The notes: a model not told the origin generated them from the sequence alone. 64,000 nucleotides of DNA from an uncultured Verrucomicrobiae bacterium (GCA_963837955.1 CAWIPH010000002.1:2880001-2944000), one strand, 5' to 3'; numbered from the stretch's first letter, positions 37,113-47,491 are shown. A program made the numbers and translations.

Positions 37113-39662
37113 TCAGAACTTCAATTTTATCGTCAGATCCGCATGAAACGGCTGATTCGGAAAAATCAGATCGTTAGCCGCAAACGTGTCGACCGGCGAA
37201 AAATTTCTCTCATCGGTCAGATTGTAAAGGTTCAACTGCACCTCCCAGCACTTTTGCTTGAAAAAGAGAGCCGCGTTCCACGTTACTTGAGCGGGAATCT
37301 TCAATGTCTTCTGCGGATTTTCGTAAATTTCTCCAGTTACCTGGGGACCAATACTGAGACCCAACCCGCAATCCAACTGATAAGTGAAGTAAGCGTTAAA
37401 AATGAGATTCGGTATTCCGGTTACGTCGGCATCGGTTTTGCTGTAAGTAACTCCCTGGTAGTTCGGACTGAATGCCACAGGATTCGTTCCTCCCTTACCA
37501 CGGCCGCCATTCGAATCCACGAAAGCCGGAGAAAAACTGTCAAGATAATCTCCGGTCTGAGTGAAAATCGCGGAATGGAGATTAACAAACTGGGCGCTCG
37601 ACAGCGTTAAGTTACCGGTTGCGTTAAAGTTTTTGTTGGGCTGCCAAGTCGCCTCCATTTCTAGCCCCTTCGATCTCACTTGCAGCCGGTTATTTTTGAT
37701 GTCGTACTCGTCGTACGTTTGGTAATACCCAGCTAGGGAGGCGAAGAGAGTATTATTAAGCAGACTCGCTTTCACTCCCGCTTCATAGAGTTCGACTACG
37801 TTTTCCAGCTGCTTTTTCGTAAAATTTGGCGGGAATCCCCCGAAGCTCTGATTTCCTTCGTACGCAGTGGTCCGATCATACGTGACATAGGTCGTCAACC
37901 ATGAAGTCGGCTTAACCGTTATGCTCGAGAAAAATGAAGGATTCCAGGCGCTTGCGTCCTTGTAGGGGGTGGCATTGAGGATGCCCCCAGTACCGTCCAG
38001 GTTCGGTCCCAATTCTGGCTGTTTTGATTCTACTGCCACATAATCCAACCGCATTCCGCCAAAGAGACTCAGCCATTTTGTCACTTCCAAATTATCCTGG
38101 ATGAATAAGCCGACATCGCTCAGTCGCGAGTTCAAAGATTCGACACCGTCAGCGACTCCGCTGTAACTTGGCTTATCAGGGATCACTCGCCCGCCGAATA
38201 CCAGAGACCGTGGAAAGCTCATATACGGCACTTGGGAAAGATCAAAGACCGTATACGGCTCAACGAAATAGTCCTGATAATCGCGGTTTTCTTCATGACG
38301 ATAGCTGACGCCGGCGACGAGCCGATTTAACATTCCGGGTCGCTCTTCCGTTACGATAGGGTTCTTTGGATCCCCGGTGCTCTTGCTGGTTTCGCCTCCG
38401 AAAAGATGCATATCCCAATGCAATTCGAGTCGGGCATCAAACAAATCATTAATGGGCGCGTATTCATCGTATCCTTCGGTCAAATACTTTCTCCACTGCA
38501 CATCTTCAAAAAGGATTCTGCTGACGATTTGAAAATCCGAGCTGATCTGCGCCTTAGTGGTTAGCTGGGTAGTGAATCGCTTTCCGTAATCGGCGTCACC
38601 CGGGGCAACCAAAACATCATAGTTATGTAGCTTTACCGTATGGAAGCTGCCGTTCGCATTAGGAATCACGTAACCGGCATACGGCACGCTGGTCGTTCCT
38701 CCGAAGAAGAGAGGCGTGATGGGGCCGGTAACATACGTGTTGCTGTCAATCAGTTGTTGGGTCACCCGGTTAAAACCGCTGTTCTCCACAAAACGGGCTT
38801 CATACATTTGTATGGTGTAATCGAAGGTCAGGGCGGGTATAGGCGCATAATAGACCGCTGCGAAAATGTCCTCGGTCCTATCCTTGACGTTACGATAGTA
38901 GCTGTCCGCTTCCCTTCCCAGATAGCTCACTCGAATCGCCAGCTTATCTTGGATAAGCGGACCGCCAAAGTCGACTTGCCATTCAGGGTTGAGGTACGAA
39001 CTTCCGCCCGGAACGTACTCGCCGATTGTCATTCTCAGTGTCGCGTGCCACGCGTCGAAATAAGGCTGCTTCGTCACAAAATTCACGTACCCCCCTCCTC
39101 CGATACTGGAAGGACCGAAAACCGGCGTACCCGGACCCTTCACAATATCGAGAGCCTCTACACCGTTGAAGCTTGGTGGAACACCGTTACTGCTGAAGAG
39201 TAGTCGCTGACCGTCCTGGTAGAGTTCCGAGCGAACTCCCCGGATTGTCGGTACACCTTGCGTCCCGAAGACAGATGGCGTAAACACGCCGGAAGCAAAC
39301 TGATCCAGCGAATTGATATCCTCCAGATGCCGCGACTCCAACTCGGCCTTACTGATCACGCTCACGCTTCGCGGGGTATCCAAAACGTTTTGGTCAAATC
39401 CAGTTACGGAATCCGTGGGTGCCACAGTAGGTAGCACGGTGTTTTCAATGGGAATTCCCGCTGTAACAATGATCTGCGACAGAGCCGTCGCTTCGCCTGG
39501 TCCGTTTCCCGTTGGCGTGGGACTCGGCGTTTGACCGTGAACAATTACCTCAGTATTAACTAATACAATTGCGACAAAAAACGGCAGCGCCAGTGGGCAA
39601 AAAACTGCACCCCAGCGACCGCCGTCCAAAACACTAACAACTTTCAATAGAAAGTAGTTCAT
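37113..39662 (-). CDS. TonB-dependent receptor (paralogue of 17554-20172)
   Basis: Same plug and barrel motifs, with long near-identical stretches shared with the other receptor; terminal F. Start set at ATG 39662. Confidence 0.92.
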   Translation of the reverse strand: MNYFLLKVVSVLDGGRWGAVFCPLALPFFVAIVLVNTEVIVHGQTPSPTPTGNGPGEATALSQIIVTAGIPIENTVLPTVAPTDSVTGFDQNVLDTPRSVSVISKAELESRHLEDINSLDQFASGVFTPSVFGTQGVPTIRGVRSELYQDGQRLLFSSNGVPPSFNGVEALDIVKGPGTPVFGPSSIGGGGYVNFVTKQPYFDAWHATLRMTIGEYVPGGSSYLNPEWQVDFGGPLIQDKLAIRVSYLGREADSYYRNVKDRTEDIFAAVYYAPIPALTFDYTIQMYEARFVENSGFNRVTQQLIDSNTYVTGPITPLFFGGTTSVPYAGYVIPNANGSFHTVKLHNYDVLVAPGDADYGKRFTTQLTTKAQISSDFQIVSRILFEDVQWRKYLTEGYDEYAPINDLFDARLELHWDMHLFGGETSKSTGDPKNPIVTEERPGMLNRLVAGVSYRHEENRDYQDYFVEPYTVFDLSQVPYMSFPRSLVFGGRVIPDKPSYSGVADGVESLNSRLSDVGLFIQDNLEVTKWLSLFGGMRLDYVAVESKQPELGPNLDGTGGILNATPYKDASAWNPSFFSSITVKPTSWLTTYVTYDRTTAYEGNQSFGGFPPNFTKKQLENVVELYEAGVKASLLNNTLFASLAGYYQTYDEYDIKNNRLQVRSKGLEMEATWQPNKNFNATGNLTLSSAQFVNLHSAIFTQTGDYLDSFSPAFVDSNGGRGKGGTNPVAFSPNYQGVTYSKTDADVTGIPNLIFNAYFTYQLDCGLGLSIGPQVTGEIYENPQKTLKIPAQVTWNAALFFKQKCWEVQLNLYNLTDERNFSPVDTFAANDLIFPNQPFHADLTIKLKF

Positions 39663-40036
39663 AAACTCGCTCCGGCTTACTCGGCCAGGTATTGACAATC
39701 AGTTGGCAAAGTCTAAAGGTTTCACTTGATTGATTTTCCGAAACACGCTCCGTTCTGTAACAGCCTTTATCGGCGGAGACTCACCCGGCGGCATGCGCTT
39801 ATATCGAGAAAAAGAGTTAGGACGGAAGGAAGTCGTAAAAATACGCTCTCTCCTTCCGGATGTTCGTTAGACAAAATGATCCCTGCCTCCGAATGTGAAT
39901 CAGCAAAATCACCCACTCCCGAATCGATTCTGGCTAACTGCGGATCTAACCTAATTGGTTAGTGCTTAATCCCGCCCGAACAGGCGGATTATGTCTGCGG
40001 CTCAGTAATTGTGTTCGATATCCCTACCTCCCGTTT

Positions 40037-41053
40037 CTATTTCAGGTCCCGCTTCTCCTGCGGTCGACTAGCTTGAATTACTCCCCCGAAATAAAGAGGG
40101 CAGTAAGAAATTCTTCCCCAACCAACTTCGTCAAGCCACTCCCAGACCTGCCGCAATGGATGAGAGCGGCCGCCCGGGTTTTCGACCTGCATCATCAGAT
40201 TGAACATGGCTTCGTTCGGCTTGAGTGAGTCCGTTTCGCTAAAAACATCGTTGATAATCAGACGGCCACCAGGACGCACCGCCGTCAGAGCGTGCTGCAG
40301 GATCTCCTTGCACAACGGTTCAGAGAAGTCGTGCAGAAGGTGCGAAAGAAGAACGGCGTCGAACTCTTTGCGGTCAATACCGAAGCCGAGCGCGAAGCAA
40401 TCACCAACCAGCAACTCAATGCGGTCGGCTAACTTGTTTTGCATGACAGTCTCTCGAGCAAGCGGAATAACTTCCGCCAGATCAATCAGAGTGATCCGCA
40501 GATCCTGGTAGCGTTTCGCAATCAAGGTCGCATAGCCGGCGGCACCGCCCCCGACATCGATCATAGATTGGATCCCATCAAAACTGACGGTCTTGAGAAA
40601 TCCTGCACTCGATTTTTCGGCGAGATCGTTTAGCGCCAAGAGAAAGGTTCGAACAAAAGGGAAATCGGTCTTCACCCTTTCCGAAAATGGAGGTAGCAAA
40701 GCATGACCAGAGCGGACCACTTCACTGAGCCTGCCCCAAAGCTGGTAGAAGAAAGCTTCTTTGATGGTAAGTCGCGCTAGCCCTGTCGAACCGGTCTCGG
40801 TAAACAGCCGTCCGGTCTGACTGAGATGGTAGTTTGCCGGGTTCCGGTCGTCTTTGTCGACATAACCAAGAGCCACGAGTGCACCGAGAAGAGCGTTCGT
40901 GCCCGTTTCCGATAAATTCAGGCGCTCAGTGATTTTTGCCTCGGTCGCCGAAGAACCGTTGAGAAAGCGAAATAACCCGGTTTCAACGCCTGCCATTAAG
41001 ACCGCAGAAATCTGATAACTCGTCAGCGCTTGATAATGATCGATGTCAACCAT
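40037..41053 (-). CDS. SAM-dependent O/N-methyltransferase (Methyltransf_2 with dimerisation domain)
   Basis: IDVGGGAAG, GDCF, LSHLLHDF and PGGRLII motifs. Confidence 0.88.
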   Translation of the reverse strand: MVDIDHYQALTSYQISAVLMAGVETGLFRFLNGSSATEAKITERLNLSETGTNALLGALVALGYVDKDDRNPANYHLSQTGRLFTETGSTGLARLTIKEAFFYQLWGRLSEVVRSGHALLPPFSERVKTDFPFVRTFLLALNDLAEKSSAGFLKTVSFDGIQSMIDVGGGAAGYATLIAKRYQDLRITLIDLAEVIPLARETVMQNKLADRIELLVGDCFALGFGIDRKEFDAVLLSHLLHDFSEPLCKEILQHALTAVRPGGRLIINDVFSETDSLKPNEAMFNLMMQVENPGGRSHPLRQVWEWLDEVGWGRISYCPLYFGGVIQASRPQEKRDLK

Positions 41054-42584
41054 GGGCTCTTGAGTCCGAAATAACTGCTTGGGCCGCCAGAAAGCCAGGG
41101 ACACCGTGGACCCCACCGCCGGGATGAGTTCCCGCTCCCGACAAATAAAGACCTCGAATCGGCGTCCGATAGTTAGATAGTCCAGGGCCAGGACGCAGCG
41201 TAAAAAGCTGGTCCAGAGTCATGTCGAGATGATTTGGGTTTCCGGCCAAATTGCCGGTTCGCGTCTCCCATTCTCCCGGTCCGGTAGCCTGAATCCCAAC
41301 CACCCGTTCCTTGGTTCCAGGTGCAAATCGTTCAAAACTATTCAACATCACTTCCTGGACGCGCAAGTTTGCCTGCGGCCAAGTGGAACCGTCAGACCAA
41401 CGTGCCGGCACAAAAGCCGACAGCCAGAGCACCGCCTGGCCAGAGGGAGCTAAGGAAGGGTCTTCAACCGAAGGCACTGCCGCCATCATGGGTAATGGAT
41501 CAGGTAACCCGCCCGCAAAGATTGTTTGCATCGCCCTTCCGTAATGCTTCGGATCTTCCTGAAGATAGTACAACGAGCCAGCGTGACGGTCCGATAGACC
41601 AATCATCTGTGGCGGACGATCCAACGCTAAGTCCAGTTTCATTTCTCCTACATTGAAAATGCCGGTGTGCGCTCGGGCCGATACCCTATTGAGCTCCGGC
41701 GGAACAGCAGACGAGTCTAAGAGGGAGACGACTCGCTTCACATCGATGCTCGAAACAACGGTATTTGCCTCAAGGAAAGTTCCATCCGAAAGTTCGACGC
41801 CGACCACCCGGTCGCCGGTTGTACGAATTTTTGAAACCGGTTCATGACAACGCAACCGTCCACCAGCGGCCGCAAGCGCATCTGTCAACGCCTCGATGAG
41901 CTTCCCGGTACCTCCAACCGGCCGACAACTTTGCGTTCCATGAGAAGAGGCCAAAAGGCAACCGAGGGCACCACTCCCCGGCGTCCAAGGCGGCATCTCC
42001 GGGTGCGTGCTGTAGGCCAACGCTGCCGCTTGCAGCGACGGATGGGAGAGGTGTTCTGTGATCACGCTCTCGGCGGACGACAGAACAACGCGTAGTTCTT
42101 CGCCACTCAATTTACTGAACGGATGTTCTGTTATCTTGCCAGAGGCGGCACTGTAAGCCGACTTAACATGTTGCATTCCACCCAATCGATCGAGTAACTG
42201 GACGGCAAACTCCGCGAATTTCTTCCACTCGGTGGCGACTCCCTTGCCAAAACATCCCGCGATTCCACCAAGGGTTTCATCCAGCGACCGAGATAGGTAA
42301 AGGACTTCGTCTCCTACCCACGACGCGAGCAGATGAGTTCCCCGAATCCAGTTCAGCCCGTACTTGTCGAGCGAAAGCGCGTCCGCGACTCCGCTTGCAA
42401 CCATCCCTTCGAGCTCCAGAGCTCCCGTGTTAAAACGAAAACCGGGAATAACTTCTTCGGTGACTGTACACCCGCCAGCCCGTTCACTTTGCTCACAAAC
42501 CGTCACCAGAAAACCAGCACGAGCCAGGAAAGTTGCGCAAACGAGCCCGTTGTGGCCTGCCCCGATGACGATTGCGTGGTTCAT
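41046..42584 (-). CDS. Phytoene-dehydrogenase-like FAD oxidoreductase (COG1233)
   Basis: IGAGHNGL FAD-binding motif; YRTPIRGLYLSGAGTHPGGGVHG. Confidence 0.9.
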   Translation of the reverse strand: MNHAIVIGAGHNGLVCATFLARAGFLVTVCEQSERAGGCTVTEEVIPGFRFNTGALELEGMVASGVADALSLDKYGLNWIRGTHLLASWVGDEVLYLSRSLDETLGGIAGCFGKGVATEWKKFAEFAVQLLDRLGGMQHVKSAYSAASGKITEHPFSKLSGEELRVVLSSAESVITEHLSHPSLQAAALAYSTHPEMPPWTPGSGALGCLLASSHGTQSCRPVGGTGKLIEALTDALAAAGGRLRCHEPVSKIRTTGDRVVGVELSDGTFLEANTVVSSIDVKRVVSLLDSSAVPPELNRVSARAHTGIFNVGEMKLDLALDRPPQMIGLSDRHAGSLYYLQEDPKHYGRAMQTIFAGGLPDPLPMMAAVPSVEDPSLAPSGQAVLWLSAFVPARWSDGSTWPQANLRVQEVMLNSFERFAPGTKERVVGIQATGPGEWETRTGNLAGNPNHLDMTLDQLFTLRPGPGLSNYRTPIRGLYLSGAGTHPGGGVHGVPGFLAAQAVISDSRAHG

Positions 42585-42585
42585 C

Positions 42586-44007
42586 TTAAGTTAGTCCTGT
42601 GGTCGAAGCCGCCCGGCGAATTCCTCGCAACACAGTAAACTTTGGCTGTGTCATTTCCTCCATCGTGAAGCCGAGCCCCTCTCGTCCGAGTCCGCTTAGT
42701 TTCACTCCGCCAAAAGGTACAAATAACGGTCGATAATTTCCGGAGCCGTTAATCACTACACCTCCGGTCTGCAATCTTTCGGACAGAGCGAGTGCACGAC
42801 TGATATCCCGGCTGAAGACAGCTCCGTTGAGCCCGAACGAAGATTGGTTTGCTACCAGCAAGGCTTCTCGCTCTGACGCGACTGGAATTACCGTGAAAAC
42901 GGGACCAAAGATTTCATCGTCGTTCGCTACCTGGGCCGTCCTGGGAACATCTGCTAGCACATGCGGCTGAACCATCGCGTGCTGAGTGGTGCCGTCACCG
43001 GCTACCAAACGGGCGCCTTCATGGACCGCTCTCTCAACTTGCACGATCACATGTTCCGCAGCGCTCTCTGTGATCAAAGGTCCGAGATCCGAATTCGGGT
43101 CCAGAGGATTTCCTACCTTCAGCTCACGGACGCGATTCACCAGCCGCTCGGTCAATTCAGCGGCGATTTTTCGATGAACGACCAGTCGCTTGTTTGCTGC
43201 GCAGGACTGCCCATTCATTAGTATCCGGCCGGCCACAATCTCCTTTAGTACTAGGTCTAGGTCTGCATCCTCCAAAATGATGGCTGCATCGTTTCCACCC
43301 AGCTCAAGATGAAGGCGCCGGAGCTTGGCAGCCACCGTTTCCGCAACAGCGACGCCGGCCCGAGTAGAACCTGTCAAACTGATCGCCGCGATCCCATCCG
43401 CCGAGATCAGTTTGCCACCCACCTTGGCGTCACCGATCACGACCTCAAGAACTTCCCTCGGAATACCTGCTTCATGAAAGCATTCCACAACCGACAAGAC
43501 TGCAAGGGGGTCCTGCTCCGGAGGCTTCAACACCACCGTGTTACCGACTGCTAAAGCAGCTGTCACTTTTTCGATAAGCAATTCAACTGGAAAGTTAAAC
43601 GGAAGGAGCGCAGCGATTGTCCCGAGTGGCACCCGTCGACTCCAAGCGATATCATTCGCAGTATTTGCCAAACTCTCCGTCGGCAAAAGAATCCCAGTCG
43701 AATATCGTGCGCGCTCCGCGTTGGCTTTTAAGAGCGCCACGGCCAACTGCACTTCGAACTCAGCCTGACCCAGCACTTTGCCACTTTCGCTAGATAACAA
43801 GCGTGCGATCTGTTCTGCTTTCCCGGCGATTAGATTTCCTGCCTGCTCGAGCAGATCACAGCGTTCTCCGACTGAAATCGAGGACCACGCCGGGAAGGCT
43901 TCGGTCGCCCTTCTCACGGAACCGGCAACGTCGTCCAAGTCACTAACTGTAACTGTGCCGATTACCGACTGATCAAAAGGCGACAATATCTGGTGCTTTT
44001 TTGTCAC
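42586..44007 (-). CDS. Aldehyde dehydrogenase
   Basis: PFNFP, LTGS, LELGGND, GQSC and EIFGP motifs. Confidence 0.93.
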   Translation of the reverse strand: MTKKHQILSPFDQSVIGTVTVSDLDDVAGSVRRATEAFPAWSSISVGERCDLLEQAGNLIAGKAEQIARLLSSESGKVLGQAEFEVQLAVALLKANAERARYSTGILLPTESLANTANDIAWSRRVPLGTIAALLPFNFPVELLIEKVTAALAVGNTVVLKPPEQDPLAVLSVVECFHEAGIPREVLEVVIGDAKVGGKLISADGIAAISLTGSTRAGVAVAETVAAKLRRLHLELGGNDAAIILEDADLDLVLKEIVAGRILMNGQSCAANKRLVVHRKIAAELTERLVNRVRELKVGNPLDPNSDLGPLITESAAEHVIVQVERAVHEGARLVAGDGTTQHAMVQPHVLADVPRTAQVANDDEIFGPVFTVIPVASEREALLVANQSSFGLNGAVFSRDISRALALSERLQTGGVVINGSGNYRPLFVPFGGVKLSGLGREGLGFTMEEMTQPKFTVLRGIRRAASTTGLT

Positions 44008-44744
44008 TTGCTACGTTTCATCTGTCTCGGCCAACGATCTGCAAAAATGTCATCGGGAAGCCTATCCAGATACAGAAGTACCTCGTCTAGCTTCACCACG
44101 TCCCCGTACTTTGAATGAATATCGAAGAGGTTTACCTTGTGGGTTAGCTGGCCACGATCCCAAACGCACTCCTCCGGCACGATCGTGCGAAAATTATAAC
44201 TAAATGCATCGATGGCGGTTGAACGGATACATCCGCTAGTGGTCGTACCAGTAAGAATCAGAGTATCGACTCCGAAGTCGATCAGATAGCTTGCCAGAGA
44301 GGTTCCGAAGAAGGCGCTTGGTTTTTTCTTAACGAAGGCCATGTCGCGGGGACCGGGCGCTATCTCCTCTACGATTTCATTACCGCGATGTCCGATGGCA
44401 TCAATGCCATCGTCTACCCGATAGTTCTTGTCATTCCATCGACCCATATCGAGAAAATCATCACGGCGCTCCCAGGTCGTATAGTAAAGGGGGATCTTCT
44501 TCTCCCGGGCTCTGCTCAACAACTTGTGGAGGGCTCGTACTCCATCCCAACCGATTGTTCCGCAGCTGTATCGCCAGCGCTCGATGCTTTCGAGAATCGG
44601 TTCTTCCGGCTCACCAACGAAATTGTAGATGACATCTACGATCAGAACGGCCGGCCTTTGACCAAACCCCACCGGTTTGCCCCATCCGGCGCGTTCGTAG
44701 ATTAGCTGGTCTTCCGACGGAATTATGTCATCCCAGATTGCCAT
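44004..44744 (-). CDS. Isochorismatase-family amidohydrolase (maleamate amidohydrolase/N-carbamoylsarcosine amidase-like)
   Basis: PAVLIVD, KKKPSAFFGT and GTTTSGCIRSTAIDA motifs. Confidence 0.88.
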   Translation of the reverse strand: MAIWDDIIPSEDQLIYERAGWGKPVGFGQRPAVLIVDVIYNFVGEPEEPILESIERWRYSCGTIGWDGVRALHKLLSRAREKKIPLYYTTWERRDDFLDMGRWNDKNYRVDDGIDAIGHRGNEIVEEIAPGPRDMAFVKKKPSAFFGTSLASYLIDFGVDTLILTGTTTSGCIRSTAIDAFSYNFRTIVPEECVWDRGQLTHKVNLFDIHSKYGDVVKLDEVLLYLDRLPDDIFADRWPRQMKRSK

Positions 44745-44783
44745 ACAAAGTTATGCAGCGTGATGGTTAAGTTCGTGGCTCCG

Positions 44784-46265
44784 TTATTCGATTGGATAGA
44801 GCGAACATCCGCTCTTTCTGGCGAGATATTCCCCGAAAGTTCCGCTCTCGACGACCTGCGGTCGGTCAGCATCGACGGGCCATTCTGAAATCACCCTACC
44901 GCGTAGAATAGTAAGGACAGGCCACCCTTTGAGAGTCTGCCCCTCTATCACTGACCAACCGGAACGGGAGACGACGTTTTGACTCTTGACAGTGATTTCC
45001 CGGTCGAGATCGATGACACAAAAATCTGCGTCAGCGCCAACGGTTATCGACCCTTTCTTTGGAAAGACCCCGAATATTTTTGCTGGATTTTCACAGAGGA
45101 CCTCGGCTGCTCGTTCCAGGCTAATCCGGCCCTTGTTCACTCCTTCGCTCAGAATAACTGGAACTAACATTTCGACACGACTCGTGAAGCCGGTTCGTAG
45201 CTTCCAGATATTTGGATGATACATCTCTTCCCGCTGATTGGGATCCCAAGAGATCACGTGGTCGGACCCAACAGCGTCCACAGTTCCATCTGCCAGTGCC
45301 TCCCAGATTGCCTCGATGTCTTCGCGGTAGCGCACCGGAACGTTAATGCGCCAGGCCTTCTCGTTTGGCTCCAGATAAAGCCAAACCGGACCGGTCTGCG
45401 CATACACTTTGACTCCGTCCCCTCTGAGACGGCGGATTTCTTCATGAGTTTGGCGGGTACTCGCGTGTTGAATGTATAGTGGGCTTCCGGTGATTTTCGC
45501 CAAGTAACCGTAGGAGCGAACATGATGAACCTCCGCAAAATAGGGAGAGCGATCGGTCCAGGCAGCGAAATCGGTGCGACCTGCTTCGATCAGGCGTCGC
45601 TCAAAGATGCGGCCGAGTTGCCAATTCTCAGCATGGATCTGGGTGATTGCGGAACCCCGGAGTTTAGCCACCTGTTCCATTGTCTGGAAAACGATGCCAT
45701 CGTCGAACCCGTGACCGAGACCTGCTTTGCGTCCAGCCCAATATCTGTCTAGTTCCGGTTTCATGGATTGGAGGTACAACTTGAAACTGGTAACTCCCCA
45801 CTTTCTCGCCAGGTCCGGAATTTCCCCCGTTTGGAGGTCTGTCTCGATCATCGGAGTGATCCAGATGTCTATGGCAGAAGAACGCCGAATGATCTCGGCG
45901 GCTGTCGGCAATACGTCCAGAAATGGACCGACATCTTCGCCCTGGACGTATTCGACGAAAGGTTCGGCCCCAAGGCGCGTACTGGGCGCGTGCACACCCC
46001 AGGTGGTGACTCCGGCGGCGGCGGCGGCACGGGTTTCACTCTTGATATCCTTCTCGAAGGGAACATAACAGCCAGGATGCGCTTCGCTGTCGACGATCCC
46101 TGGCAAGATATACTTGCCGCCGACGTCAATCGTACGTCTGGGATTGAAACTCTCGCGCTCCTTGGAAATGGCGACGATGACGCCATCGTTGATCGCGATA
46201 TTGGCCGTTACTCGGCCCGAGGCCGTCACTATTCGGCCACCGGTAATGAGAAGATCAACATTCAT
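44784..46265 (-). CDS. Cyclic amidohydrolase (dihydroorotase/allantoinase/hydantoinase family)
   Basis: PGIVDSEAH, AAAAGVTT, SFKLY, HAEN, GSDH, NPAKIFG and KGSITVGADAD motifs. Confidence 0.88.
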   Translation of the reverse strand: MNVDLLITGGRIVTASGRVTANIAINDGVIVAISKERESFNPRRTIDVGGKYILPGIVDSEAHPGCYVPFEKDIKSETRAAAAAGVTTWGVHAPSTRLGAEPFVEYVQGEDVGPFLDVLPTAAEIIRRSSAIDIWITPMIETDLQTGEIPDLARKWGVTSFKLYLQSMKPELDRYWAGRKAGLGHGFDDGIVFQTMEQVAKLRGSAITQIHAENWQLGRIFERRLIEAGRTDFAAWTDRSPYFAEVHHVRSYGYLAKITGSPLYIQHASTRQTHEEIRRLRGDGVKVYAQTGPVWLYLEPNEKAWRINVPVRYREDIEAIWEALADGTVDAVGSDHVISWDPNQREEMYHPNIWKLRTGFTSRVEMLVPVILSEGVNKGRISLERAAEVLCENPAKIFGVFPKKGSITVGADADFCVIDLDREITVKSQNVVSRSGWSVIEGQTLKGWPVLTILRGRVISEWPVDADRPQVVESGTFGEYLARKSGCSLYPIE

Positions 46266-46414
46266 ACGCGAATCACAAACGTTTTAGCGGTAACCTTCAC
46301 AACCTCGTTCAGTCGACGGGGCGACTTGTTCGATTGCTAATTACCTCGTTTGGCTCGCGCGGGCACCGTCCCCATTTCTGGGCGGCCCCTGCTGACCTAC
46401 TGGATGAAATTATC

Positions 46415-46430
46415 AGCCAGTTGCATGCCA
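46415..46430 (-). promoter_or_regulatory. Putative sigma54 -24/-12 promoter (TGGCATG-CAAC-TGGCT)
   Basis: GG-N10-GC spacing; faces the amidohydrolase operon starting at 46265. Confidence 0.55.
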
Positions 46431-46486
46431 CGATTAGCCGGAGCAGAAGAATTTTGCAAGGATGATCTCCCGACGATTCGATTGAT

Positions 46487-46502
46487 TGGCTCAGTTTTTG
46501 CA
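46487..46502 (+). promoter_or_regulatory. Putative sigma54 -24/-12 promoter (TGGCTCA-GTTT-TTGCA)
   Basis: GG-N10-GC spacing; the nitrilase-family ATG (46515) falls near the predicted +1. Confidence 0.6.
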
Positions 46503-46514
46503 CGAAATCTGGTC

Positions 46515-47390
46515 ATGCGAACAACCGCGAAGATTTCTCTCGTCCATCCACGAAATTGGGAACGCAGCTGGGCGCAAGCCTGGCCAGTTCATTTCGCAGA
46601 TGAAGACCCGGACGAACGGTCGCAACTCGATGAAGCGGAAGCCTTCATTGCAAGAGCCGCCGCGGCCGGTGCGGAATATCTGTTATTTCCGGAGATGTAC
46701 CCTGGCCCGAGAAGTCTGAGCGATCAGGCGTTTACCGCTGAGGAAGTCAAAATCCGAATGTGCAGCGCAGCCAAGAAGCACGGAATCTGGGTGTTTTACA
46801 ACGGGACGTCCGCCCTCGAAGAAGGTGGTGGCCAGAACACCTGCTTCGCCGTCAGTCCTGCAGGCAACGTCGCAACCAGTTATTCGAAAATGATCCCGGC
46901 CTGCGGCGAACAAAGTATCCCGGGAAAAGATCCCGTGGTGATCGATTGCGACGGCTTACGCGTAGGAATCGTGATCTGTTGGGAGATGTGGTTCCCCGAG
47001 ATCACCCGCATGGTGGCCGCACTGGGAGCCGACGTGATTTTCGCCCCAACCGGCGGGGTCATCTACGAGCTGACATCAAGCTGGAAAACGATTCTCTTCG
47101 CTCGAGCCGCAGAGAACACAGTCTTCACTGCGACCTGCGTCAACTTGTTCGGGGTCGAGGATGGAATGTGTGTGGTCTATTCGCCTGAAGGGTTGGTGGC
47201 CGAAAGGACTGGTGCCGGCATCCTGAACGCAGAGTTGGACCTCGTACGGCTCCGCTATCTTCGCGAAACCGATGAGCGCCTCATTGTCCCCAAACCGTAT
47301 CGAGTTATCCCGGGGCTATTTCGGGCTTTGACACCAGCGGTGGTGGAACGCTATGCGGAAGTAATGGCGGGACGGATTGGGAAGCAGTGA
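46515..47390 (+). CDS. Carbon-nitrogen hydrolase (nitrilase superfamily)
   Basis: E-K-C triad in LFPEM, YSKM and VICWE; ARAAEN motif; start trimmed to ATG 46515. Confidence 0.9.
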   Translation: MRTTAKISLVHPRNWERSWAQAWPVHFADEDPDERSQLDEAEAFIARAAAAGAEYLLFPEMYPGPRSLSDQAFTAEEVKIRMCSAAKKHGIWVFYNGTSALEEGGGQNTCFAVSPAGNVATSYSKMIPACGEQSIPGKDPVVIDCDGLRVGIVICWEMWFPEITRMVAALGADVIFAPTGGVIYELTSSWKTILFARAAENTVFTATCVNLFGVEDGMCVVYSPEGLVAERTGAGILNAELDLVRLRYLRETDERLIVPKPYRVIPGLFRALTPAVVERYAEVMAGRIGKQ

Positions 47391-47474
47391 TCAGTGATCA
47401 GTAATCAGGACAGAAGCCGTACCGGCCCGGACAGTCACCGCTGCCGATGACTGATTACCGATCACTGATCACTG
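47385..47474. terminator. 24-bp inverted repeat built from CAGT(G/A)AT heptamers between convergent genes
   Basis: CAGTGATCAGTGATCAGTAATCAG (47385-47408) against CTGATTACCGATCACTGATCACTG (47451-47474), one mismatch; terminator role is inferred. Confidence 0.55.
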
Positions 47475-47491
47475 ATTACTTTTTTGTCTCT

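Noticed and set aside
40037..42584. Carotenoid biosynthesis genes (crtI/crtF)
   Set aside because: No phytoene synthase, cyclase or prenyltransferase; the genes are co-transcribed with amidohydrolases.
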